From assembly GCA_963820645.1 (NCBI GenBank), contig CAWGAS010000031.1, forward strand, positions 156,984 through 220,983: DNA of 64,000 nt. The letters run 5' to 3'. The stretch comes from an uncultured Acidobacteriota bacterium. GTDB taxonomy: Bacteria; Acidobacteriota; Vicinamibacteria; Vicinamibacterales; 2-12-FULL-66-21. The notes beneath the pieces are model-generated. The model had not been told where the DNA came from and did no database searches. It saw only the letters and a list, made by a program, of their open reading frames with translations. The translations under genes and the position numbers were made by a program. Every line of letters starts with the position of its first letter. The stretch's first letter is position 1. Positions 1-9,878 of the stretch are shown here, one piece after another.

Positions 1-85
1 GTGCTGGCCTTCAGGCCAGCCCGTGCACCAAAGTTTCCTGGGCCGACCTGAAGGTCGGCACTACAGCTTCAGGCCGGCCCTGCGA
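1..85. repeat. REP-type hairpins with GTAG head, arranged as an inverted doublet (REPIN-like)
   Basis: gtgctggcc-ttca-ggccagc (1-20) and gccgacc-tgaa-ggtcggc-actac (42-64) lie in opposite orientation. The same motif recurs at 9837, 59231, 61778-61880 and 63498-63600. Confidence 0.6.
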
Positions 86-115
86 CCACGTCGGTCCGAC
101 AGGAGGACCCGAGAA

Positions 116-427
116 CTACTTCAGGTGCTTGCCGACCAGCTTGGTCATGTCGAACATGTTGACCGAAGCCTTGCCGCCGAAGACCGGCTTGAGGGCCGCG
201 TCCGCATTGATCATGCGGCGGTTCTTCGCGTCCTGCAGTCCGTTCTTCTTGATGTAGGCCCACAGCTTCTTGGTGACTTCGGTCCGCGGCACCGGCTTGG
301 AGCCGATGACCTCGGCGAGCGCGGCGCTCGGCGTCACGGGCCTCATGAACGCGGCGTTCGGTTTCCGGGCGGTCTTCTTCTTCGCTGCGGTCTTCTTGGT
401 GGCGGTCTTCTTGGCGGTCTTGGCCAT
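116..427 (-). CDS. SWIB/MDM2 domain protein with a Lys/Ala-rich N-terminal tail
   Basis: Intact 103-aa ORF. KKTAAKKK tail followed by TEVTKKLWAYIKKNGLQD...MINADAALKPVFG, which is typical of the SWIB fold. Confidence 0.8.
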   Translation of the reverse strand: MAKTAKKTATKKTAAKKKTARKPNAAFMRPVTPSAALAEVIGSKPVPRTEVTKKLWAYIKKNGLQDAKNRRMINADAALKPVFGGKASVNMFDMTKLVGKHLK

Positions 428-654
428 CTACTCTCCTCTGTAAGACGCTCGCGGCGTCACGGCGTAGTATCGCGCAGTTTTGTGTACCGTAGAGAAGAAA
501 AGTGCATTTTTTCGATCGGTGCCTCAGCCAAAATCCGGTCAGGCTGCGTCAACTCCCAACCTCCCCACCTTCGCGCCGCGGGCCTCAGCGCGCTTCGGCG
601 AGGCCTCGCCAAAGCTTGTCGCTCGTGCCTTTTTATCGCGACAAGCGGCGGCGG

Positions 655-738
655 CAACTCCCAACTCCCAAGGAGAGCGGTAAAAATTCGAACCGTTTAC
701 CTTGGGAGTTGGGAGTTGGGCGTTTTGGGGGTTGGGCG
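655..738. repeat. Tandem-armed palindrome, class A (AACTCCC / GGGAGTT)
   Basis: Left arm caactcccaactcccaagg (655-673), A/T-rich loop, right arm ccttgggagttgggagttggg (700-720) plus a degenerate extension. It overlaps the last codons of modC. Confidence 0.85.
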
Positions 739-1398
739 CTCTGAATCGTCCAGCGCCCCCTCCGGCGGTCCTGAGCGTATGACCCGGCCGTCGTGCAGGA
801 CGAGGACGTGGTCGGCCAGCTGCCGGACTTCCGCGGCGTCGTGCGTCACGTAGAGGATCGGCACGCGGAGCTCGTCGCGCACGCGTTCGAGGTAGGGCAG
901 GATGCGGCGGCGGCGTTCGAGGTCCACGGCGGCGAGCGGCTCGTCGAGCAGGAGCACCTCCGGCGCGGACATGAGCGCGCGGGCGAGCGCCACACGCTGA
1001 CGCTCGCCGCCCGACAGCTCCGGCACGCGGCGGTCGAGCAGCGGCTCGATTTCGAGCATGCGCGCCACGGCGGTCACCTCGAGCTTCTGCCCGGGCCGCC
1101 GGCCGTAGAGCACGTTGCGGCGCACGCTCATGTGGGGGAACAGCGACACATCCTGCGCCACATAGCCGACGTGGCGACGGTGCGGCGGAAGATTCAGGCG
1201 GCTCGCCGAGTCGAAGAGCGCCCGCCCGCCGACGGCAATCGATCCCGATCCGGGCGTGCGAAGGCCGGCGATCGCGTCGAGGATGGTCGTCTTGCCGGCG
1301 CCCGACGGCCCGAACAACGCCGTCACGCGCGCGTCGAGCTGCTCACCGATCTGGAGGGTGAAGTCTCCCTGACGCAGGAGGAAATCGAGCGCAATCAC
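697..1398 (-). CDS. modC: Molybdate ABC transporter ATP-binding protein
   Basis: Walker A GPSGAGKTT, signature LSGGERQRVALARAL, Walker B LLLDEP. A GTG at 1398 overlaps the modB stop (GTGA); the listed ORF extends to 1440. The last ~13 codons are encoded by the class A repeat. Confidence 0.85.
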   Translation of the reverse strand: MIALDFLLRQGDFTLQIGEQLDARVTALFGPSGAGKTTILDAIAGLRTPGSGSIAVGGRALFDSASRLNLPPHRRHVGYVAQDVSLFPHMSVRRNVLYGRRPGQKLEVTAVARMLEIEPLLDRRVPELSGGERQRVALARALMSAPEVLLLDEPLAAVDLERRRRILPYLERVRDELRVPILYVTHDAAEVRQLADHVLVLHDGRVIRSGPPEGALDDSERPTPKTPNSQLPR

Positions 1399-2060
1399 GC
1401 GCGCACGCCCGCGCGCGACGACATCCAGTTCGAGAGCCACAGCGCCAGGAACGCGATCGCGGCGGAGATGCCGACGAGCACCAGCGCGTCGCGATCCCGT
1501 CCGGTTTCCGCCGCCGAGTAAATGCCGACCGCGAGCGTCCGGGTCGCCCCGGGAATGCTGCCGGCGATCATGACCGTCGCGCCGAACTCGCCGATCGCGC
1601 GCGCGAAGCCGAGGACCGCGCCGGCGATGACCGCGGGGCGGGCGAGCGGCAGCGTGATCGTGACGAACACGCGCATCGGCCCGGCCCCGAGCGTCGAGGC
1701 CGCCGCTTCGTAGCGGCGATCGACCTGTTCGATGCCCGCTTTCACCGTGCGGACGAGGAGCGGGAACCCCATGACGGTCATGGCGATGACCACGGCCTTC
1801 CAGGTGAACACGATCTCGATCCCCGCGCCTGCCAGCGCGCTCCCCAGGGGGCCCATCGGAGAGAACAGCATGAGCAGAACCAGGCCGATCGCCACCGGCG
1901 GCATCACGAGCGGAAGGGTGATGACCGTCTCGAGCAGCACGCGGCCTCGGAACGGGCCGCGCGCCAGGAGCCAGGCGAGCAGCAGGCCCGGCGGCAGCAT
2001 GAGCAGCGTCGCCAGCGAGGCCGTGGCGAGCGTGAACCAGGTGATGTGCCAGGCGTCCAT
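1395..2060 (-). CDS. modB: Molybdate ABC transporter permease
   Basis: ModB/CysTW-like permease with multiple TM segments (MDAWHITWF...EAAASTLGAGPMRVFVTITLPLARP). The start is taken at the internal ATG at 2060, just after the modA stop. Confidence 0.85.
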   Translation of the reverse strand: MDAWHITWFTLATASLATLLMLPPGLLLAWLLARGPFRGRVLLETVITLPLVMPPVAIGLVLLMLFSPMGPLGSALAGAGIEIVFTWKAVVIAMTVMGFPLLVRTVKAGIEQVDRRYEAAASTLGAGPMRVFVTITLPLARPAVIAGAVLGFARAIGEFGATVMIAGSIPGATRTLAVGIYSAAETGRDRDALVLVGISAAIAFLALWLSNWMSSRAGVRA

Positions 2061-2064
2061 CGCG

Positions 2065-2889
2065 TCAGCGCAGCGGCGCCAGCGGCGAGAACTTGTGCCG
2101 GCTGAAGATGGCGGTGGCTTCCGGACCGCGCAGAAAAGCGAGGAACCGTTCGGCGGCCGCACGGTTGCGCGTGGCCGACACGATGGCGGCCGGGTACACG
2201 ATGCGCGGCGCCGCGGCGCCCGAGATCACCAGGACGGCCTGCGCGCGCGTCGAGACTTCGATCACTATGGCGGCGTCGGTCTCGTACGCGATCGCGGCGT
2301 CCGCGCTGCCGTTCTCGACCGCCGCCACCGCCGCGCGGACGTTCGCGACCGGCACCAGCTTCGGCTGCAGCGCGTCCCAGATACCGATCGCCTGCAGGTA
2401 TTGCCGCGCGTACACGCCGGCCGGCACCGCGGCCGGATCCCCGACGGCGATCCGGCGAATCGCCGGCTGGAGGAGCGCGCGCGCGTCGTTCACGGGCACG
2501 GGCGCGCCGCCCGGCGCATGAGCACGGCGAGACGATTCCCGAGCAGGTCGATGCGGGTCCGCGCGTCGATCGCCGGCGCGGCGACATCCATCTGCGACTC
2601 GTCCGCGCTGATGAACAAATCGACCGGCGCGCCGTTGACGATCTGGCGCGCGAGCGTGTTCGAGCCGCCGAAATTGAAGCGGACCGGCCCGTGCCCCGCC
2701 GCCTGGTAGGCCCGCGCGATCGCGTCGAGCGATTCGGTCAGGCTGATCGCCGCCGAGACGGTGAGCCCCCCCTGCGGCGACCCGGCCACCACCGCGGCCG
2801 GCCCCGGCGACCCGGCCAGCCCCGCGGCGAGCCGCGGCGAGCCCGGCCAACACCGCGGCCAGCAGGCAGGCAAGAGCGCGCATGATCAT
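2065..2889 (-). pseudogene. modA: Molybdate-binding periplasmic protein, read in two frames
   Basis: The signal peptide MIMRALACLLAAVLAG and the C-terminal part (VGDPAAVPAGVYARQYL...AIAYETDA) are in one frame. The central part (LTVSAAISLTESLDAIA...FNFGGSNTLARQIVNGAPVDLFISAD) is in another. Frame switches lie near 2830 and 2510. Confidence 0.8.
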
Positions 2890-2952
2890 TGTGACTACAG
2901 TTTAATACGATTCAATATTGATTTTTGTCAAGGATTGACCGACTCTTGACGC
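2890..2952. promoter_or_regulatory. AT-rich divergent promoter region between modA and the TOBE regulator, with a 10-bp perfect palindrome
   Basis: This is the only AT-rich stretch in the locus. TCAATATTGA (2912-2921) is a perfect palindrome, and TTGACC/TTGACG hexamers lie at 2934-2950. Confidence 0.5.
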
Positions 2953-3396
2953 ATGGACCTCCTCACCCCGCGCGAGGCCGCCAAACGCCTCGGCGTCAGC
3001 TATCCCACGATCAAGCAGTGGATCTACAAGGGATCGATGCGGACGCGCCGCACCGCCGGCGGGCATCACCGCGTGCCCGACACCGAGATCGATCGCCTGC
3101 TCGCCGCCACGGGCCGGGCGCTGCCCCGGCCCCGGCGCGCGCAGGGCACGATCGTCACGCTCAGCGGCCGCAACCAGCTTCGCGGCATCGTCGAGGAGGT
3201 GCGCGTCGAGGGGTTGCTCGCCCAGATCCGGCTCCGCGTCGGCGATCAGACCCTGACCGCGATCATCACCCGCGACGGCGTGGACGAGCTCAAGCTCCGG
3301 CGGGGGGACGAGGCGCTCGCCGTCATCAAGGCGACCGAGGTGATGATCGGGCGCGCCGGAGAGGCGGTCGGTGCCAGGAAGCGCGCCCGGAGATAA
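2953..3396 (+). CDS. Excisionase/MerR-type HTH plus TOBE (molybdopterin-binding) domain regulator
   Basis: N-terminus LLTPREAAKRLGVSYPTIKQWIYKG (HTH_17-like). C-terminus LSGRNQLRGIVEEVRVEGLLAQIRLRVGDQTLTAIITRDGVDELKLRRGDEALAVIKATEVMI (TOBE/Mop fold). Divergent from modABC. Confidence 0.8.
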   Translation: MDLLTPREAAKRLGVSYPTIKQWIYKGSMRTRRTAGGHHRVPDTEIDRLLAATGRALPRPRRAQGTIVTLSGRNQLRGIVEEVRVEGLLAQIRLRVGDQTLTAIITRDGVDELKLRRGDEALAVIKATEVMIGRAGEAVGARKRARR

Positions 3397-3556
3397 CGGA
3401 GGGGACGGAGGTAGCGGAGATCACTTCAACACGGAGCAACGGAGGAACGGAGAAACGGAGGAAAATTGGTTTTTCAGAAACCAAATGCTCCGTTCCTCCG
3501 TTCCTCCGTGTTGAAGACCTTCGAATCGAAGGCCTCCGCTATCTCCGTCCCCTCCG
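3397..3556. repeat. Tandem-armed palindrome, class D (ACGGAG / CTCCGT)
   Basis: The left arm cggaggggacggaggtagcggag...caacacggagcaacggaggaacggagaaacggagg is mirrored by ctccgttcctccgttcctccgtgttg...ctccgctatctccgtcccctccg. The loop contains its own small hairpin ttggttt-ttcag-aaaccaa. It lies between convergent genes. Confidence 0.9.
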
Positions 3557-5413
3557 CTGACTCCGGCGCGCGCTTTCTTCCGCGCCGCGCGTTTGCCCAG
3601 CGCGCGCGCGAGCCGCGCCGCGAGGCGGCTCTTCTCCAGTGACTCGATCGGCTCCGGAAGCGCGATCGACCAGTTCGGCCACTCCGCGATCGTCGCCGGC
3701 ATGTTCGGCCGCTCGGTGACGAGCATCGCGTCGTCCAGCGTCGCGGTGAGGATGCGCGACGGGGCCGTGGCCATGCGCTTCGTGGACGCGGACGACCACG
3801 GTGGACAGGGGCGTGCGTGGGGTCGCGCCCGTGAGCCGCCTGACGCGCGTCAGGATCTCGCGCGTCCCCTGCTCGTTCGGCGACAGGCCGATGTCCTTCT
3901 GCGCCTGAAGATCGGATCCGGTCCACAGGCCGGCGATCGTCGGGAGGTCGTGCGTCGTGACCGCGGCGAGCGCCTGTTTCGGATACTTCGCCGGCGAGCG
4001 CTTCTCGAACCAGAGCAGCCGGTACGACAGCATGCGGCGCGCCAGCAGCTGCCCGCGCACGTCGTCTTCGACAGTGCCGAGATCCTCGCCGACGATGACC
4101 GCGCGGGCGCGGCGGCTCTCGAGCGCGACGATCGCCAGCAGATCCTGCGCCTCGCTGCGGACGTAGGCCCCCTGCCTGGCCTCCATGCCCGCGGGAATCC
4201 AGAACAGGCGGAACAATCCCATCACGTGATCGATCCGCAGCCCGCCGGAGTGCCGCACGCACGCGCGGATCGTCTCGATGAACGGCTGGTAGCCGGCCTG
4301 CCGGAGCCGGCGCGGCACGAACGGCGGCAGGCCCCAGTTCTGTCCTTTGGTGTTGAACTCGTCGGGAGGGGCGCCGACGCTGATGCCCTGCGCGAGCACG
4401 TCCTGGAACGCCCAGCCGTCCGCGCCGTCGGGGTCGAAGCCGATGGGCAGATCCTGCATGACCGGCATGGCGCGCGAGGCACGCGCCAGCTGCCGGTCTA
4501 TCTGGAGCTGCACCCACTGATGGAAACGGATGCGATCCGCCATCGGACGCTCGGTCGCGACGTCGCGCACCGCGGCCGACGACGGATGGCGGAACTCGTC
4601 CGGCCAGCCGTGCCAGCCGGACTGGAACCGCTCGGCGAGCGCGCAGAAGACCGCGAACTCGCTGGAGGCCGGGTCCCTGCTCCGCCGCGAACGTGTCGAG
4701 CTCCGGAAGATCGCGGCCGCGCACGCTCGCCCAGATCCGCTCGAGGACGCCCATCTTGAGCCGGTAGATCTCGTCGCGATCGATCCGTCGATCCGTGTTG
4801 AGCGCCCGCGCGCGTCACGGCGGTCGCCGACACGTCGCCCAGCGCCTGTGCCCCGTCCACCTCTTCGATTCGGAGATACAGCGGGTTGCGGAACCGGCGG
4901 CTCGACGGATAGTACGGGCTGGCTTGCTGCGGCACGACCGGCGTGGCGGCCGCCAGCGGGTTGATCAGCGCGATGCCGGCTCCGCTCCTGGCCGCCCATC
5001 GCCCCAGCCGCCGGAGATCCGCGAGGTCGCCGATGCCCCAGCTGCGCCGCGAGCGGGCGGCATACAACTGGATGGCCCATCCCCAGACGCGCAGCGACTC
5101 CGGAAGGAAACAGGTGGCCGGCGCGACGATGAGCCGCGCGGCGGTGCCGCCGGCCCGAGCGATCTCGTGATAGCCCACCGGCGTCCCGGCGGGCAGACGA
5201 TGGTCGATCGTGAGCGACGTGCCGTCTTCGAGGCGGATCTCCGCGGGGCCGAGCGCCGGGCGATCGCCTTCGGTCACGACGACGACCGGCGCGGGGCCGC
5301 CGGTCCGTTCGCCGATCGCGCGGCGGATGGCCGCGACCGCTTCCGGCGGCGACTCGCAGCGCCGGCCGAGGGCGTCGAGGTAGTGGGTCTGGACCTCGTC
5401 TGGCGGTGCTCAT
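3421..5413 (-). pseudogene. malQ: 4-alpha-glucanotransferase (amylomaltase), read in two frames
   Basis: N-terminal part RVWGWAIQLYAARSRRSWGIGDLADL, middle part FHQWVQLQIDRQL...PIGFDPDGADGW...FNTKGQNWGLPPF, C-terminal part ATLDDAMLVTERPNMPATIAEWPNWSIALP. Frame switches lie near 5395, 4750 and 3780. The ATG overlaps the glgX stop (ATGA at 5410-5413). The 3' end runs into the class D palindrome. Confidence 0.8.
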
Positions 5414-7536
5414 TTCGGCGCGATTCTTTTCAGGAGCACGAGGGACCACGCCTGGACGTGCGTGCGTCCGCCCGCCTCGATCTCCGGCCCGAGCTCTTCT
5501 TCGGACATGTAATCCATCTCGTCGGCCGTGTCGAGCACGACCGCCCAGCCGTCGCCCCACTTCGCTTCCGGGAGCGTGAATTCGACCGCATCATGATGCG
5601 CGTTGAACATCGTGTAGAAGCTGTCGTCGCGCAGGGGCTCGCCCCGTTCGTTCACCGTCGGGATCCCGCGGCCGTTGAGGAACACGCCGAGCGATTTCGC
5701 GAACCCGGCCCGCCAGTCCTCCTCGGACATCTCGGTGCCGGCGGGCGTGAACCAGCCGATGTCGCTGACCTGCGTCCCGTGAATCGGACGTCCCTGGAAC
5801 CAGCGGCGCCGGCAGAACACGGGATGGCGGTGACGGAGGCGAATCAGGCGGCTGATGAACTCCAGCAGGCTGCGGTCCACCGTCGCCCAGTCGTACCAGG
5901 ACATCTCGTTGTCCTGGCGGTACGCGTTGTTGTTCCCTCTCTGCGTGCGCCCGATCTCGTCGCCGCCGAGCAGCATCGGCACCCCCTGCGACAGGAACAG
6001 CGTCGCCAGGAAGTTCCGGGTCTGGCGCGCGCGCGCGGCGAGCACCTCCGGGTTCTCCGTCGGACCCTCCTCGCCGAGGTTCCACGATCGGTTGTGGCTT
6101 TCGCCGTCGCGGTTCTCTTCGCCGTTGGCCTCGTTGTGCTTGTCGTTGTACGACACGAGGTCGCGCAGTGAAAACCCGTCGTGCGCCGTGATGAAGTTGA
6201 TGCTCGCGTACGGCCGCCGCGCGGTGCCCTGATAGAGATCGGAACTGCCGGTGAAGCGGTACGCGAACTCGGCCAGCGTCTGATCGGTGCCGCGCCAGAA
6301 GTCGCGGACGCTGTCGCGGTACTTCCCGTTCCACTCCGACCAGAGCGGCGGGAAGTTGCCGACCTGGTACCCGCGCCCTCGCCGATGTCCCACGGCTCGG
6401 CGATGAGCTTGACCTGGCTGACCACGGGATCCTGCTGAATGAGATCGAAGAAGGACGACAGCCGGTCCACGTCGTGCAGCTCGCGCGCGAGCGTCGCGGC
6501 GAGATCGAAGCGGAAGCCGTCGACGTGCATGTCGTTGACCCAGTAGCGCAGGCTGTCCATGATGAGCTGCAGCACGTGCGGATGACGCATGTTCAGCGTG
6601 TTGCCCGTCCCCGTGTAGTCCATGTAGTAGCGCCGGTTGTCCGCCATGAGCCGGTAGTACGCCGCGTTGTCGATGCCCTTGAACGAGAGCATGGGCCCGA
6701 GGTGGTTCCCTTCGGCCGTGTGGTTGTACACCACGTCGAGGATCACTTCGATGCCCGCGGCGTGCAGCGTCTTGACGAGCTGCTTGAACTCCTGCACCTG
6801 CTCGCCGCGCTGGCCGGAGGCCGCGTACTCGTTGTGGGGGGCAAGATAGCCGATGGAGTTGTAGCCCCAGTAGTTGCGCAGGCCCCTCTGGGCGAGCGTC
6901 GAGTCCTGGACGAACTGGTGGACCGGCAGCAGCTCCACGGCGGTGACGCCAAGCTTCGTCAGGTACTCGACAGCCACCGGATGCGCCATGCCGGCGTAGG
7001 TGCCGCGCAGCGCCTCGGGTATGTCCGGATGCGTCTGGCTGAACCCTTTCACGTGCGTCTCGTAGACGACCGTGCGGTGCAACGGGGTGTTGGGCGGGCT
7101 GTCGTGGCCCCAGTCGAACGACGAGTTGATCACCACGCTCTTGGCGACGAACGGCATGCTGTCGAGAATCGTTGGTCGAGCTTTCCGGCTCATCGAAGCG
7201 ATACGGGAACATCGCCTCGTTCCAGTCCCACAAGCCGTCGACCGCCTTGGCGTACGGATCGAGCAGCAGCTTCGAGGGATTGCACCACTGCCCCTTCTCG
7301 GGCGCCCAGGGACCGTGCACCCGGAAACCGTAGCGCTGCCCCGGCCGGACGCCCGGCAAGTACCCGTGCCAGCACAAGGCCGTGCTTTCCGGCAGATCGA
7401 CGCGCGTCTGCTGCCCGTCCTCGTCGAACAGGCAGAGCTCGACGCGCTCAGCCGCTTCCGAGAACAGGGAGAAGTTCGTGCCCACGCCGTCGAAGAACGC
7501 ACCGAGGGGATACGGCTTGCCTGGCCAGATCTGCAT
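5410..7536 (-). pseudogene. glgX: Glycogen debranching enzyme, read in two frames
   Basis: [26 protein letters not shown]..., central GH13 part [13 protein letters not shown]...VDGFRFDLA...IAEPWD in the other frame, C-terminal [26 protein letters not shown]... back in the first. Frame switches lie near 7160 and 6375. Confidence 0.85.
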
Positions 7537-7545
7537 TCACGCTCC

Positions 7546-7686
7546 GTCTCAGGTCTCAGGTCTCTGGTCTCGGGTCTCAGGTCTCTGGTCGGTTCGGTCT
7601 TTTGGTCTTTTGGTCTTTGGTCTTTTGGTCTTTTAGTCTTTGGTCTTTGGTCCTACCTGAGACCTGAGACCCGAGACCCGAGACCC
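7546..7686. repeat. Tandem-armed palindrome, class B (GGTCTCR / YGAGACC) with a (GGTCTTT)n microsatellite in the loop
   Basis: Left arm gtctcaggtctcaggtctctggtctcgggtctcaggtctc, central 7-8 copies of GGTCTTT(T) at 7591-7653, right arm cctgagacctgagacccgagacccgagaccc. It lies between divergent glgX and the S9 peptidase gene. Confidence 0.9.
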
Positions 7687-7766
7687 TCCTACTCTACTTC
7701 CGTGAAGTTCAATTCCTGTGCCGCGACCGATGGGTTAAGCTTGGCATCGCCCACAAGGAGGACCGC

Positions 7767-9831
7767 ATGAATCACCGCGTCCGCTTGCTCGCCTTCTCGA
7801 TCGCCATCCTGCCGATGGTCCTGCTGTCAGGCGCTCCGGCGGCGCAGTCCTCGGGCGATCTGCCTCACGCTCGACATGTATCTCGAGATGGAAACCGTCT
7901 CGGATCCGCAGCTCTCGCCCGACGGCAGCCAGATCATTTACACCCGCGGCTGGATCGACAAGATGAACGACAAGCGCGAGTCGGCGCTCTGGATCATGAA
8001 CGCCGACGGCACGCGCAACCGGTTCCTCGTCAAGGGCTCGGGCGCGCAGTGGTCTCCGACCGGCGACCGTGTCGCGTTCGTCGCGCCGGGCGAGCCGAAG
8101 GGCTCACAGCTCTTCGTTCGCTGGATGGACGCGGAAGGGGCGACCTCCCAGGTGACGCGCGTCGAGCAGTCGCCGAGCGCCGTCGCGTGGTCGCCCGACG
8201 GCACGCAGCTGTCCTTCAGCATGCTCGCCGAGGATCGCAACACGTGGACGATCAAGATGCCGAAGGCGCCCGCGGGAGCCAAATGGACCGAGGCGCCGCG
8301 CATTGTCGAGCGCCTGCAGTACCGGAGCGACCGCACCGGATTCATCGACAACGGCTACCGTCACATCTTCGTCGTCCCGGCGATTGGCGGGACCCCGCGG
8401 CAGCTGACCTCCGGCAATCACAACCACACCGGAAGCGAGTGGACGCCCGACGGACGGCAGATCCTCTTCAGCGGCCTGCGCCCCGAGAACGACGACTACC
8501 AGTGGCGCGAATCGGAGATCTATTCGGTCGACGTGGCCTCGGGGGACATCAAGGCCCTCACCTCGCGCCGGGGACCGGACGCCAACCCGCGCGTCTCGCC
8601 GGACGGCAAACGCGTCGCCTACACCGGGAACGACTGGGCCAGGGACACCTGGATCGACAGCAAGATCTACGTGATGAACATCGACGGATCGAGTCCGCGC
8701 CTCGTGTCGGGCGACTGGGATCGAGCGCCGTCCGAGCTGCGCTGGAAGGCGGACGGCAGCGCGCTCTACTTCACCGCGCAGAACGAGGGATCGCAGAACT
8801 TCTACGAGCTGCCGCTCGCCGGCCCGAACGCGTCGAAGGTGCAGCCGATCACGCGCGGCACGCACATGCTGGCGGTCTCGGACGTGTCGCAGAAGGGTGT
8901 GGCGGTCGGAACGTTGACCAGCGCGGCCGCGCCCGGCGACATCGTGGCCTTCGACCTGAAGTCGCCGGCGAACATCCGCCAGCTCACGGCCGTGAACGAG
9001 GACGTGCTCACGGGGAAGACCCTCGGCGCGGTCAACGAAATCTGGTACACGTCGGTGGACGGCAAGCGCATCCAGGGCTGGTACATCACGCCTCCCTCCT
9101 TCGATCCGGCGCGCAAGTACCCGTTGCAGCTGCACATTCACGGCGGGCCGCACAGCATGTACGGCGTCGGCTTCAACTTCGGATGGCAGGAGCAGGCGGC
9201 CAACGACTACGTCATCCTCTACACGAACCCGCGCGGCAGCACGGGATACGGCAGCGCGTTCGGCAACGCCATCATGAACGCGTATCCGGGCAAGGACTAC
9301 GACGACCTCATGGCGGGCGTCGACGCCGTGCTGGCAAAGGGCTTCGTCGATCCGCAGAACCTGTTCGTCACCGGCTGCAGCGGCGGCGGCGTGCTCACGG
9401 CCTGGATCGTGGGCCACACCGACCGGTTCGCGGCCGCCTCGGCCAACTGCCCCGTCACCGACTGGCTCAGCTTCGTCGGCACGACGGACGGGGCGAGCTG
9501 GTACTACAACTTCGAGAAGCTCCCGTGGGAGGATCCGAGCGAGCACCTGCGCCGCTCGCCGATCACGTACGTCGGCAACGTCAAGACGCCGACGATGCTG
9601 ATGACCGGGGTCAACGACCTGCGGACGCCGATGCCGCAGACCGAGCAGTTCTACAGCGCGCTCAAGCTGCGCAAGGTGCCGGCCGCCATGGTCCGGTTCA
9701 ACGACGAGTGGCACGGCACGACGACGACGCCGTCGAACTTCATGCGCACGCAGCTCTATCTTCGGTACTGGTTCGACAAGTACAAGCGGCCGGCGGTGGA
9801 CCGCAAGACGACGACGAGCGAAGCGCGATGA
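7767..9831 (+). pseudogene. S9 family peptidase (TolB-like propeller plus prolyl oligopeptidase domain); the signal peptide is in a different frame
   Basis: Signal peptide MNHRVRLLAFSIAILPMVLLSGAPAAQ in the frame of 7767. The body from 7876 (LSPDGSQIIYTRG...GCSGGGVLTAWIVGH...NDLRTP) is in the next frame. The frame switch lies near 7865. Confidence 0.8.
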
Positions 9832-9836
9832 TCCAG

Positions 9837-9859
9837 GCAGGGCCGAAGCCCTGCGCTAC
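9837..9859. repeat. REP hairpin (GTAG family, reverse orientation)
   Basis: gcagggc-cgaa-gccctgc-gctac lies directly after the peptidase stop. Confidence 0.6.
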
Positions 9860-9878
9860 GTACGAACCGACGAACGAC

